Assembly (NCBI GenBank): GCA_900769815.1
Contig: CAAGID010000011.1
Span: 14,772 to 78,771 of the forward strand
Length of the DNA stretch: 64,000 nucleotides
Direction: 5' to 3'
Origin: Clostridia bacterium
Lineage (GTDB): Bacteria; Bacillota; Clostridia; Christensenellales; QALW01
Position numbers and translations under genes: made by a program. Below are positions 9,622-18,601 of this stretch, piece by piece. Positions within the stretch are counted from its first letter, which is position 1; each line of letters begins with the position of its first letter. A model generated the notes under the pieces. It made no database searches, was not told where the DNA came from, and saw only the letters and a list, made by a program, of their open reading frames with translations.

Positions 9622-11661
9622 TTATTCTTCGTTGTCTTTCTGGGCTAATGCTGCTATCTTCTGTGAAATCATCTGAGGAACTTCTTCATAACGGGCAAAT
9701 TCCATTTTGTAAATGCCTCTGCCTTGTGTCATTGCACGAAGGTCCTTTGCATATGTAAACATTTCTGCTAAAGGAACCTCTCCGTCTATACGCTGACCGT
9801 TTGCTTCAGGCGTCATACCTAAAACTCTGCCTCTGCGTTTATTCATATCGCCTATAACGTCACCCATATAATCATCGGGAACTGTTATTTCAACCGAGTA
9901 TACCGGTTCAAGCAATACAGGATTTGCATTTGCACAACCGGTTTTATATGCAATTGAAGCCGCCATCTTAAATGCCATTTCTGAGGAGTCAACATCGTGG
10001 TAAGAACCATCATAAAGCGTGCAGGAAATACCTGTTACAGGATAACCTGCAAGAACCCCCTTCTTCATACACTCAATAAGACCTTTCTCTACTGCAGGAA
10101 TGTATGATCTGGGAACTGCACCGCCTACAACCTTATCAACAAACTCAAAGTCCTTATCACTGGGATTAAATTCAATCCAGCAATCGCCGTACTGACCGTG
10201 ACCGCCTGACTGCTTCTTATGTTTACCTTGTGCTTTAACTGACTTTCTGATAGTTTCCTTATAGGGAACCTGCGGTGTCTTAAGCAATGCTTCGCCGTTA
10301 TACTTGGTTTTGAGCTTTTGTACCGTTATATCAAGATGCATATCGCCTAAACCCATAAGAATCATCTCATTAGTTTCAGTATTCTTTTCAAGGCAAAGAG
10401 TATTATCTTCTTCTATGAGCTTACGAAGACCAGAGAAAACCTTATCTTCATCGCCTTGCTTTTTAGGAACAACCGCCATACGCATACCGGGCCAGGGAGT
10501 TTCAACTGACTCATACTGAATTTTCTTACCTGAATAAAGCGTATGTCCCGTAAGAGTATATTGTAATCTGCCTATTGCACCAATATCGCCTGCATAAAGT
10601 TTTTGAACCTGCGTCTGCGTCTTTCCCTTAAGCACGTAAATATTGCCTGATTTTTCAGCCTTATCTTCATTTGCATTATAAAGTGCAGTATCAGCCGTAA
10701 GCACGCCTGAACGCACCATAAACACAGAAAGTTTACCTGCAAAGGGGTCGGATATAGTTTTGAAAACGTATGCTGAGAAGGATTCATCCTCTGAACAAGC
10801 TCTTATATCGTCAAGACCTTCAAACTCTTTGTTTTCAGAAGAAGGAATAAAACGCATTATTGTGTCCTGAAGCAGTCTTACGCCCTTTAAATCAAGTGCA
10901 CAACCGCAAAGGACAGGAACGGCTGAGGAATCAGCAACACCAATACCAAGACCTTTGATTATTTCATCAGGTGTCAATTCTTCACCCATAATAACCTTTT
11001 CCATAAGCTCTTCATCGTTTTCAGCAGCAGTTTCCATTAACGCTGCGTGCTCAAGCTCAATGGTATCGGTCAATTCTGACGGTATCTCCGCCTTTTCACG
11101 TTTTTCGCCATTAAAGATATATGCCTGCTTTTCAACAAGGTCAACAAAACCCTTCATCACGTTATTTTCAATTATAGGATAAAGGATGGGAACAATATTT
11201 GAACCATACTTTGCCTTTAATTCAGCAACTGTTTTTTCAAAGGAAGTATGTTCTTTGTCAATCTGATTTATAAAAATTATGCGGGGTATTTTTTTCTTTT
11301 TGGTAAGTTCGATAGCTTTTTCTGTGCCAACGTCTATTCCCTGTGCAGAAGCAACAATAACGGCACCGTCGCACACGTTAAGTGCATTAATCACACTGCC
11401 CTCAAAGTCAAAATAACCGGGACAATCAAGAATATTGATTTTTGATTCACCGAATTCAACGGGAGCGATTGAAAGCGAAATAGATATATGTCTCTTTATT
11501 TCTTCAGGATCATAATCGCACACAGTGCTTCCGTCATCAGTTTTACCTAAGCGTTCGATATTACCGTTCAAAAATAACATCGCTTCTGTAAGTGAAGTTT
11601 TACCATTGCCTCCGTGTCCGATAAAGGCAACATTTCTTACATTTGAAGCGTGATAGTCCAT
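9622..11661 (-). CDS. elongation factor G paralogue with divergent GTPase motifs
   Basis: Five-domain EF-G-like layout, but with G1 GHGGNGKT, G3 DCPGYFDF and G4 NQID instead of the canonical AHIDAGKT / DTPGH / NKMD. Start at 11661 follows AAGGGG. Confidence 0.85.
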   Translation of the reverse strand: MDYHASNVRNVAFIGHGGNGKTSLTEAMLFLNGNIERLGKTDDGSTVCDYDPEEIKRHISISLSIAPVEFGESKINILDCPGYFDFEGSVINALNVCDGAVIVASAQGIDVGTEKAIELTKKKKIPRIIFINQIDKEHTSFEKTVAELKAKYGSNIVPILYPIIENNVMKGFVDLVEKQAYIFNGEKREKAEIPSELTDTIELEHAALMETAAENDEELMEKVIMGEELTPDEIIKGLGIGVADSSAVPVLCGCALDLKGVRLLQDTIMRFIPSSENKEFEGLDDIRACSEDESFSAYVFKTISDPFAGKLSVFMVRSGVLTADTALYNANEDKAEKSGNIYVLKGKTQTQVQKLYAGDIGAIGRLQYTLTGHTLYSGKKIQYESVETPWPGMRMAVVPKKQGDEDKVFSGLRKLIEEDNTLCLEKNTETNEMILMGLGDMHLDITVQKLKTKYNGEALLKTPQVPYKETIRKSVKAQGKHKKQSGGHGQYGDCWIEFNPSDKDFEFVDKVVGGAVPRSYIPAVEKGLIECMKKGVLAGYPVTGISCTLYDGSYHDVDSSEMAFKMAASIAYKTGCANANPVLLEPVYSVEITVPDDYMGDVIGDMNKRRGRVLGMTPEANGQRIDGEVPLAEMFTYAKDLRAMTQGRGIYKMEFARYEEVPQMISQKIAALAQKDNEE

Positions 11662-11861
11662 TTTCAAAACCCCTTTCATTTAAGCCAAAATTAAATTGCT
11701 GATTATATTATACAATGTTCTTTAATAGATTTCAAGATAAAATTTAAAAAATCGTTCATAAAATTCAAATTTTTTTGATAATTTTACCCTCAAAACTACA
11801 ATTTATGGTGTTATTTATTGAAAAAGACCTCAATTTATAAATTTTAAAGTGCTTTTTTGCC

Positions 11862-11890
11862 TTGAGTTTTTGGTTAAACTATGTTATAAT
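11862..11890 (+). promoter_or_regulatory. candidate sigma-A promoter of the DtxR-family regulator
   Basis: TTGAGT (11862-11867), 17 nt, TATAAT (11885-11890). The spacer contains an AGTTT-n6-AAACT inverted repeat. Confidence 0.5.
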
Positions 11891-11921
11891 ACATAAAAAT
11901 ATATGCAGGAGGCATTTTTTT

Positions 11922-12284
11922 GTGAGTTTACAGGAATCAGGCGAAATGTATCTTGAAACTATTCTGATACTTTCAAAGAGAGGAACTACGGTTCGCTCCA
12001 TTGATATTTGTGAATATATGGGCTTTTCAAAGCCAAGCGTAAGCCGTGCGGTCGGCTTACTGAAAAACGGCGAATTTATTACGGTTGATAATCTGGGTTA
12101 TATATCACTTACCCCCGCAGGAAAAGAAATTGCACAAAAGATTTATGACAGACATAAGCTTTTGACACAGTTTTTAATCAAATTGGGCGTTGATGAAAAG
12201 ACAGCCTCCGACGATGCGTGCAAAATGGAGCATTGCATAAGTGATGCGACCTTCGAGGCACTGAAAAATCATATAGAAAAATAA
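11922..12284 (+). CDS. DtxR/MntR-family metal-dependent transcriptional regulator
   Basis: SLQESGEMYLETILIL...SKPSVSRAVGLLKNGEFI is the MntR-type wHTH plus dimerisation helix pattern. GTG start at 11922, 9 nt after AGGAGG. Confidence 0.8.
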   Translation: MSLQESGEMYLETILILSKRGTTVRSIDICEYMGFSKPSVSRAVGLLKNGEFITVDNLGYISLTPAGKEIAQKIYDRHKLLTQFLIKLGVDEKTASDDACKMEHCISDATFEALKNHIEK

Positions 12285-12286
12285 GG

Positions 12287-12320
12287 CTACAGCGGTAATT
12301 TCGCTGTAGTTTTCTTTTTT
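12287..12320 (+). terminator. rho-independent terminator
   Basis: CTACAGCG-loop-CGCTGTAG followed by TTTTCTTTTTT. Confidence 0.75.
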
Positions 12321-12398
12321 CGAAAACAGTAACCAAGGCATCCCCTAAGTACATATATTATAGCAGGTGATTCTTTTCACCTGAAGGAGAATTTAATT

Positions 12399-13154
12399 AT
12401 GGCTGAGGTTGTAACGCTTAAAAATTTAAGCAAATTCTACCATACTCCAAGCGGAGAAACCGAAGCCCTTAGGGATATAAATTTTTCTGTTGCCGAAAAA
12501 GAGTTTATTTCAATAATCGGTCCGTCAGGATGCGGAAAGTCTACAGTACTTTCAATTATCGCAGGACTTGAAAAACCATCCGGCGGTCAGGTAACCATTG
12601 CTTCAGGCAACAACAAAACCCATATTGGCTATATGTTGCAACAGGACCATCTTTTTCCTTGGCTGACAGTACGCCAAAATACCCTGTTGGGTCTTGATAT
12701 CCGCAAAGAAAAAACGAAAGATGCCGAAAATAAAGTTGATGAGTTATTAAAGCAATATGGTCTTGAAAGCTTTAAAAACAGTTATCCTTTTGAGCTTTCA
12801 GGAGGAATGCGACAACGTGCCGCACTTATACGTACACTTGCTGTTGATCCATCCGTACTGCTTCTTGACGAGCCCTTCTCCGCTCTCGATTACCAGACAC
12901 GGCTTGCCGTTTCTGACGACATACACAGAATAATCAATAAAGAAGGCAAGACTGCCATTCTTGTAACACACGATATTTCAGAAGCAATAAGTGTAAGTGA
13001 CAGAATTATAGTACTTTCAGAGCGTCCCGCAAAAGTTAAAAGTATTTATAAAATTGAACTTTCTGCCGAAAATTCCCCTATTGCCCGCAGAAAGGCTCCT
13101 GAATTTCCAAAGTATTTTCAGGTGTTATGGGAGGAGTTGAATCATGTTGAATAG
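12399..13154 (+). CDS. ABC transporter ATP-binding protein (NitT/TauT nitrate/sulfonate/bicarbonate-type)
   Basis: Walker A GPSGCGKST, signature LSGGMRQR and Walker B LLLDEPFSALD. Overall it resembles the SsuB/TauB-type family. Confidence 0.85.
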   Translation: MAEVVTLKNLSKFYHTPSGETEALRDINFSVAEKEFISIIGPSGCGKSTVLSIIAGLEKPSGGQVTIASGNNKTHIGYMLQQDHLFPWLTVRQNTLLGLDIRKEKTKDAENKVDELLKQYGLESFKNSYPFELSGGMRQRAALIRTLAVDPSVLLLDEPFSALDYQTRLAVSDDIHRIINKEGKTAILVTHDISEAISVSDRIIVLSERPAKVKSIYKIELSAENSPIARRKAPEFPKYFQVLWEELNHVE

Positions 13155-13947
13155 CTTTTCTTCAGAACATCTTAAATACTTAAAACGTGAAAAGCGAAAA
13201 AAGATTACAAAAATTACGTTGCAGATTTCAATTTTTATTTTGTTTTTTGCTTTTTGGGAAATTCTTTCACTTCTGGATATTATAAATCCCTTTATTTTTT
13301 CTTCGCCCTCCCGTGCATTAAAAATGCTGGGAACATTGTCTAAAACAGGCTTGCTTTCTCATATTGGTATTACTTTATATGAAACCTTACTTGGATTTTT
13401 ACTAGGAAGCGTTCTCGGTTTTTTAATTGCCGTACTATTATGGTGGTCGCCTATGGCAAAAGAAGTTCTCGACCCCTACCTTGTAATATTAAATAGTTTA
13501 CCCAAAATTGCGTTAGGTCCCGTTATTATAGTTTGGGTCGGTGCAGGTATAAGCTCAGTAATAACGGTCACGTTGCTCATTTCAATAGTAGTGGCAATTA
13601 TGGGTGTTCTTAACGGTTTTAATGAAGTCGAAAAGGCAAAGCTAACACTTTTAAAAACTTTCGGTGCAACAAAACTTCAATTATTTACAAAAGTTGTTTT
13701 TCCTTCAAGCATTCCCACAACTGTTTCAGTATTAAAGCTTAATATAGGTATGTCCTGGGTTGGCGTTATTGTCGGTGAATTTTTAAACTCAAAGGCCGGT
13801 CTTGGTTACCTTATAGTCTACGGCGGTCAGGTTTTTAAAATGGATATTGTTATGGCCGCAACGCTTGTGCTTTGTACTCTTTCAGCGTTAATGTATTTTT
13901 CAGTTGTTTTAATTGAAAAAATGATTTTAAAGAAACGGCATCAATAA
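13144..13947 (+). CDS. ABC transporter permease (NitT/TauT type)
   Basis: Polytopic membrane protein overlapping the ATPase gene by 11 nt, with a BPD_transp_1-like core. Confidence 0.8.
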   Translation: MLNSFSSEHLKYLKREKRKKITKITLQISIFILFFAFWEILSLLDIINPFIFSSPSRALKMLGTLSKTGLLSHIGITLYETLLGFLLGSVLGFLIAVLLWWSPMAKEVLDPYLVILNSLPKIALGPVIIVWVGAGISSVITVTLLISIVVAIMGVLNGFNEVEKAKLTLLKTFGATKLQLFTKVVFPSSIPTTVSVLKLNIGMSWVGVIVGEFLNSKAGLGYLIVYGGQVFKMDIVMAATLVLCTLSALMYFSVVLIEKMILKKRHQ

Positions 13948-13949
13948 AA

Positions 13950-13980
13950 AGAGGGGCTTCACTCCCCTCTTAAAATTTTT
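13950..13980 (+). terminator. hairpin terminator
   Basis: AGAGGGG-CTTCACT-CCCCTCT followed by an A/T-rich tract ending in TTTTT. Confidence 0.6.
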
Positions 13981-14002
13981 ATATAATTATGTTAAAAAGT
14001 AC

Positions 14003-14031
14003 TTGCAAAATTTTTAACCTTGTTGTATAAT
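14003..14031 (+). promoter_or_regulatory. candidate promoter of tRNA-Thr
   Basis: TTGCAA, 17 nt, TATAAT, located 20 nt before the tRNA 5' end. Confidence 0.55.
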
Positions 14032-14050
14032 ACACACGTTGTTAAGAAGT

Positions 14051-14127
14051 GCTGATGTAGCTCAGTAGGTAGAGCGCATCCTTGGTAAGGATGAGGTTCA
14101 CGAGTTCGACTCTCGTCATCAGCTCCA
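14051..14127 (+). tRNA. tRNA-Thr (anticodon GGT), CCA encoded
   Basis: I folded the cloverleaf by hand. Acceptor GCTGATG/CATCAGC; D arm GCTC..GAGC; anticodon arm CATCC-TTGGTAA-GGATG; T arm ACGAG-TTCGACT-CTCGT; 3' TCCA. Confidence 0.85.
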
Positions 14128-14130
14128 TAA

Positions 14131-14158
14131 CCCCTGTTTTTTACAGGGGTATTTTTTT
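14131..14158 (+). terminator. terminator after tRNA-Thr
   Basis: CCCCTGT-loop-ACAGGGG followed by TATTTTTTT. Confidence 0.75.
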
Positions 14159-14171
14159 AGGAGTTTTTATT

Positions 14172-15146
14172 ATGATTAAAATATCTACTTTATTTATTTC
14201 GATTTTTACGCTTTTTCTTTTTATGCTTCCGGGTTTTATTGTTAAAAAAGCTAAAGTAGCCGATGGAGAGTTTCCAAAATCTCTTTCTGTTTTAACTTTA
14301 TATATTACTCAGGTTGCACTTATCTTACATAGTTTTATAATTGAATTTAATATGAAGATTTTCGCAAACCTCTGCCAAGTTTTTATCGGTGCTTTGCTTA
14401 TTCACATACTCTTGTATATTATTGCAAAGGAATGTTTTAAAAAGGCTCCTGATAAAACACGCACAGTACTTCAATTTGGTCTGATTTTTTCTAATGCAGG
14501 ATATATGGGAATTCCCGTTATAAGCGACGTTTTCGGCGCTGACCACGCTATATATGCAACTTTTTACGTTGTATGGTTTAACGTATTTTGTTATTCCGTA
14601 GGAAGACTTATTTATACCAACGATAAAAAATACATTTCATTTAAGAAAGCTATTTTCAACCCTGCCGTAGTATCTGTAATAATAGGTCTTACTATATTTT
14701 TAACAGGTGCAGGTGCGTGGATTAAAAACGTTATAAACGAGCCTACGTTTATCGGTAACTTTTTTAACATAATATATAAGGTTCTTGAAGCTCTGAAAAA
14801 TATGGTTGCACCCGTATCTATGATGATAATCGGTGCACGCCTTGCTGATATCAATTTTAAAGGTATTTTTAAGGACAAATATATGTATCCATTTGTTCTT
14901 TTACGCTTACTTGTTTTGCCTGCCATTATTTGGTGTATGTTAAAGCTCTTTTCACTGGCAGGTTTATTGAGCGATATTTCTTTGGCAGTATTGCTTATAC
15001 TTTCCTCTACCCCCGCCGCCACTGCCACAACTATGTTCGCAGAACTCTATAATGGAGATTCTCCCTATGCAGGAAAGCTTGTTGCGCTTACTACAATTCT
15101 TTCAGTTGCAACAATGCCCATCGTTGCTTTGCTTTTATATATTTAG
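14172..15146 (+). CDS. AEC-family (auxin efflux carrier / malate permease-like) transporter
   Basis: ~10-TM protein with AEC-like N- and C-terminal repeats. The tracked ORF start (14082) lies inside the tRNA, so I moved the start to the ATG at 14172, which follows GGAG. Confidence 0.75.
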   Translation: MIKISTLFISIFTLFLFMLPGFIVKKAKVADGEFPKSLSVLTLYITQVALILHSFIIEFNMKIFANLCQVFIGALLIHILLYIIAKECFKKAPDKTRTVLQFGLIFSNAGYMGIPVISDVFGADHAIYATFYVVWFNVFCYSVGRLIYTNDKKYISFKKAIFNPAVVSVIIGLTIFLTGAGAWIKNVINEPTFIGNFFNIIYKVLEALKNMVAPVSMMIIGARLADINFKGIFKDKYMYPFVLLRLLVLPAIIWCMLKLFSLAGLLSDISLAVLLILSSTPAATATTMFAELYNGDSPYAGKLVALTTILSVATMPIVALLLYI

Positions 15147-15175
15147 TTGACAAAATCCAATTTGTAACTTAAAAT
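15147..15175 (+). promoter_or_regulatory. candidate promoter of tRNA-Arg
   Basis: TTGACA, 17 nt, TAAAAT, located 11 nt before the tRNA. Confidence 0.55.
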
Positions 15176-15186
15176 TATATAGCAAT

Positions 15187-15263
15187 GTTTCCGTAGCTCA
15201 GCAGGATAGAGCGACCGCCTCCTAAGCGGTAGGTCGGGTGTTCGAATCACCTCGGGAACGCCA
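15187..15263 (+). tRNA. tRNA-Arg (anticodon CCT), CCA encoded
   Basis: Hand-folded. Acceptor GTTTCCG/CGGGAAC; D arm GCTC..GAGC; anticodon arm ACCGC-CTCCTAA-GCGGT; T arm GGGTG-TTCGAAT-CACCT; 3' GCCA. Confidence 0.88.
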
Positions 15264-15300
15264 AAGGCACTGAAAAAATTTTTCAGTGCCTTTAATTTTA
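15264..15300. terminator. bidirectional hairpin terminator
   Basis: AAGGCACTGAAAAA / TTTTTCAGTGCCTT perfect palindrome, with T tracts on both strands. Confidence 0.75.
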
Positions 15301-15402
15301 AGTTTTTTTAACTGCTTTGTTAATCTGAACAAGGCACATTGCAAAGATGCCTGCAACTCCGCCTATCATGATACCTAATATAAATAAAAAAATACCAAGC
15401 AT
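15298..15402 (-). CDS. unannotated 34-aa hydrophobic small protein
   Basis: My own translation reads MLGIFLFILGIMIGGVAGIFAMCLVQINKAVKKT. AAGGAGA sits 7 nt upstream of the ATG, and a terminator follows directly. It is below the ORF-track size cutoff. Confidence 0.55.
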   Translation of the reverse strand: MLGIFLFILGIMIGGVAGIFAMCLVQINKAVKKT

Positions 15403-15448
15403 AGGAAAATCTCCTTTCTTGGTATTATTTTTTGTCTTATTTTAGTTT

Positions 15449-16393
15449 TTATTCAAAATAACTCATATCGCCAGAAAGAACGGCTCTTTTAAAATCATTG
15501 ACCTCTTTTTTATAGCCTTCCTCATCAATAAGAAAGCTAAGCCCGTGCCCTGCATCCTTTACGGTAAATATGCGTTTTTTACTTGTACACGCTTCAAATA
15601 TGGGCTTACACATATAAAATGGAACAAAGTGGTCATCCTCGCCGTGAATAATAAGCACCGGAACTTTTGCATTTTTCACTGCCTGTTCAGGGCTTGTTTC
15701 CGTCCAATTAAAGCCTGCAAAAAGTTTTGCACTTAAACTAATAAAAGGCTCGGCAAGTTTTTGTGGAAAACCCATTTTCTTACTTTCAAGCAAAATAATT
15801 TCCTTAGGCGAAGAATATGCACAGTCAGCAATAATCCCCTTAACATTTTCCGGTAAATCAAGGTCGCTTGCCATAAGCACCGTTGCAGCACCCATAGAAA
15901 CGCCTGAAATTATAATTTTAACGCCTGAAAATCGTTCTATGATATATTTTATCCACTCTAAGCAATCATACCTTTCCTTAACACCAAAGGTAATTACGTT
16001 CCCCTTACTGTCACCGTGAGCACGGTGGTCAGGTAAAAGCACGTTATGACCAAAATCTCTTGCAAGGACAAAACCGCCTCCGCAATCGTTTTCGGCTTTT
16101 GAGCGATACCCGTGAAAAATAATATCAACCGGTGCACCGTCTTTAAAATGATAGTATTTTCCCTTTAGAAGTGTGCCGTCAAATGAGATTATTTCAACAC
16201 TTTCAAAATCGGTATTCTTTACCTGTCGGTAAGGCTCGTTAAGTCTATCTCCTAAAGCACGGTATTGCTCGCCTAAATCTACCCTTTTCCCTCTTTTGCG
16301 AGGCGGATTATAAAAGGCAGTATCAAAAACATACAAAAGAAAACCCAATAAAACAGTCAATAATATTGCGACTGTTATATAAACGTATATCAT
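15449..16393 (-). CDS. membrane-anchored alpha/beta hydrolase
   Basis: N-terminal TM helix, nucleophile elbow GVSMGA, then a downstream D and a GHG-containing segment (KDAGHGLSF). Confidence 0.75.
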   Translation of the reverse strand: MIYVYITVAILLTVLLGFLLYVFDTAFYNPPRKRGKRVDLGEQYRALGDRLNEPYRQVKNTDFESVEIISFDGTLLKGKYYHFKDGAPVDIIFHGYRSKAENDCGGGFVLARDFGHNVLLPDHRAHGDSKGNVITFGVKERYDCLEWIKYIIERFSGVKIIISGVSMGAATVLMASDLDLPENVKGIIADCAYSSPKEIILLESKKMGFPQKLAEPFISLSAKLFAGFNWTETSPEQAVKNAKVPVLIIHGEDDHFVPFYMCKPIFEACTSKKRIFTVKDAGHGLSFLIDEEGYKKEVNDFKRAVLSGDMSYFE

Positions 16394-16403
16394 ATTTTCT
16401 CCG

Positions 16404-16435
16404 ATAAAAACAGGATGCCGACATTGCCGACATCC
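16404..16435 (-). terminator. terminator after yebC-family gene
   Basis: Minus strand reads GGATGTCGGC-AAT-GTCGGCATCC (10-bp stem with two G-U pairs) followed by TGTTTTTAT. Confidence 0.6.
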
Positions 16436-16440
16436 ATATA

Positions 16441-17187
16441 TTATTCTTCTTCCTCATCCTCAGGAAGCTCAGCATTATGGTAAACGTTCTGAACATCATC
16501 GTGATCATCAAACTGATCAAGCATCCAATAAATCTTTTTAAGAACGTCATCACCTGAAACAGCAACGGTATTCTGGGGAACCATATCATTTGTTGCTTCC
16601 ATAAAGGTATAACCTTCATCTTCAAGTGCCTGACGAACTGCTGAAAAATCATCGGGTGAAGTATAGATTTCAAAGGTGTCTTCAACGGGTGTAAAATCTT
16701 CAGCACCTGCATCAAGTGCGCTCATCATAAGTGCTTCTTCATCGATTTTACCGTCGTTTTCAATAATTATAACACCTTTTTTATCAAACATCCAGGAAAC
16801 GCAACCTGTTGCACCCATACTTCCGCCTGCTTTATCAAAAATATGTCTGATTTCGCCTGCGGTACGGTTACGGTTATCGGTAAGAATTTCTACGATAACT
16901 GCAACACCTGCGGGACCGTAACCTTCATAAACCAGTTCTTCATAGTTAGCACCGTCGCCTTCGCCTGCGGCTTTCTTAATTGAACGGGTAATTGTATCGT
17001 TAGGCATATTATTTGCCTTTGCCTTTGCAATAACGTCGGCAAGTTTTGAGTTTACTGAGGGGTCGGGTCCGCCTGATTTAACTGCAACCGCTAATTCTCT
17101 GCCGATTTTAGTAAAAATCTTACCTTTTGCGGCGTCTGTTTTTGCTTTTTTATTCTTTATATTTGCCCATTTGGAATGTCCTGACAT
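16441..17187 (-). CDS. YebC/PmpR-family DNA-binding regulator
   Basis: [32 protein letters not shown] is the hallmark N-terminus of the family. Confidence 0.93.
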   Translation of the reverse strand: MSGHSKWANIKNKKAKTDAAKGKIFTKIGRELAVAVKSGGPDPSVNSKLADVIAKAKANNMPNDTITRSIKKAAGEGDGANYEELVYEGYGPAGVAVIVEILTDNRNRTAGEIRHIFDKAGGSMGATGCVSWMFDKKGVIIIENDGKIDEEALMMSALDAGAEDFTPVEDTFEIYTSPDDFSAVRQALEDEGYTFMEATNDMVPQNTVAVSGDDVLKKIYWMLDQFDDHDDVQNVYHNAELPEDEEEE

Positions 17188-17199
17188 AATATATCCTCC

Positions 17200-17961
17200 T
17201 TATTTACGGAAAGTAAAGCCGTATATCAATATCCCTGCGGCAATAGCGGCATTTAAGGACTCCGCGCCGCCACGCATTGGAAGTGTTATTATTTTATCGG
17301 AAAAAGATAAGATTTCATCACAAATTCCGTTACCTTCGTTTCCGATTATTATACAGCTTTTTTCACTGTCAATATCTTTTACAGAATTAAAATCTTCGCC
17401 GTCAAGTGCCGCTGAATAAACAGTATAACCACTATCTTTAATTTTTTGAAGCGCATCTATACTGTCAGAGGCAAGCATAATAGAAATATTAAAAATAGAA
17501 CTCATCGTTGCACGGACAGTTTTGGGGTTAAAAAGTTCAACACAGTCCTTTGAAAGCACAACTGCCCCTGCGCCTAAAGCATCAGCGGTACGGATAATCG
17601 TGCCTAAGTTACCTGCATCCTGAAGTCTGTCAAGAAACACAACGAGACCTCTAATTTTGTTTATATCAAAAGTAAGGTCAGGTATGTATGCTTCAGCAAT
17701 AATTCCTTCGGGGCTTGAAGTATCAGATAACACCTCAATAACTCTGCGTGAAACCTCAATTATTTCACACTGACAGGAAAAATCAAAAGTAATGCCTTCT
17801 TCAATAAGAACGCTTTTAAACTTTACCCCGTGCTCAATGGCGTCAAGAACTGCTCGCTTTCCCTCAATAAGGTATAAGCCCTTTTCCGTTCTGCCCTTTT
17901 TGCTTTTAAGAGTTTTTAAAAATTTAATTCTGTCATTTGACGTACTCGTTATTTTCATCAT
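17200..17961 (-). CDS. TrmH/SpoU-family RNA 2'-O-methyltransferase
   Basis: SPOUT motifs DRLQDAGNLGTIIRTADALG, IIGNEGNGI and LPMRGGAESLNAAIAAGI. Confidence 0.88.
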   Translation of the reverse strand: MMKITSTSNDRIKFLKTLKSKKGRTEKGLYLIEGKRAVLDAIEHGVKFKSVLIEEGITFDFSCQCEIIEVSRRVIEVLSDTSSPEGIIAEAYIPDLTFDINKIRGLVVFLDRLQDAGNLGTIIRTADALGAGAVVLSKDCVELFNPKTVRATMSSIFNISIMLASDSIDALQKIKDSGYTVYSAALDGEDFNSVKDIDSEKSCIIIGNEGNGICDEILSFSDKIITLPMRGGAESLNAAIAAGILIYGFTFRK

Positions 17962-17965
17962 AATT

Positions 17966-18001
17966 ATAAAAAAGTGTGCAATGAAATATTACATTGCACA
18001 C
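17966..18001 (-). terminator. terminator after rplT
   Basis: Minus strand reads GTGTGCAATG-loop-CATTGCACAC followed by TTTTTTAT. Confidence 0.8.
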
Positions 18002-18009
18002 AACTTTTA

Positions 18010-18360
18010 TTAAATGTTCTTCTTAGCAATTTCTGCAAGCTGTGCAAATGCTTCTGCATTATATACTGCAAGCTCTGCAAGCATCTTACGGTTGATTTCG
18101 ATTTCAGCCTTCTTAAGACCGCAGATAAGCTTGCTGTAGTTAAGACCGTTAAGTCTTGCAGCTGCATTGATACGGGTAATCCAAAGTGCACGGAAATCTC
18201 TTTTTCTAAGCTTACGGCCAACGTATGCGTAAGCCTGTGATTTCATAACAGCCTGGTTAGCAACACGGAACTGTCTTGATTTTGCACCAAAATAGCCCTT
18301 TGCAAGCTTTAAGACCTTTTTATGATTTTTCTTTGTATTTACTGCTCTTTTAATTCTCAT
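18010..18360 (-). CDS. rplT: 50S ribosomal protein L20
   Basis: [41 protein letters not shown]. Confidence 0.97.
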   Translation of the reverse strand: MRIKRAVNTKKNHKKVLKLAKGYFGAKSRQFRVANQAVMKSQAYAYVGRKLRKRDFRALWITRINAAARLNGLNYSKLICGLKKAEIEINRKMLAELAVYNAEAFAQLAEIAKKNI

Positions 18361-18379
18361 TTTTCTATCCTCCTAAAGC

Positions 18380-18577
18380 TTACTTATAAGGTATAAGAGT
18401 ACGAATATTTGCTGCTTCGCACTGGGCAATATAGCCACCCTTACGTAAATTTCTCTTTCTCTTGGTTGATTTCTTTGTTAAGATATGGCTTCTGTAAGCC
18501 TTGCCTCTCTTAACTTTTCCGGTAGCGGTAAGTGAAAATCTTTTAGCCGCACCTCTGTGAGTCTTCATTTTTGGCAT
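18380..18577 (-). CDS. rpmI: 50S ribosomal protein L35
   Basis: [33 protein letters not shown]. Confidence 0.97.
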   Translation of the reverse strand: MPKMKTHRGAAKRFSLTATGKVKRGKAYRSHILTKKSTKRKRNLRKGGYIAQCEAANIRTLIPYK

Positions 18578-18601
18578 AGTAAATTACCTCCTATTAAAAG
18601 T

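Noticed and set aside
14003-15402. The two tRNA genes (Thr-GGT, Arg-CCT) flanking a transporter, considered as a possible integration hotspot or genomic islet.
   Set aside because: No integrase, recombinase or excisionase is present. I could find no direct repeat of either tRNA 3' end nearby. The enclosed AEC transporter and the surrounding composition look like the rest of the window.
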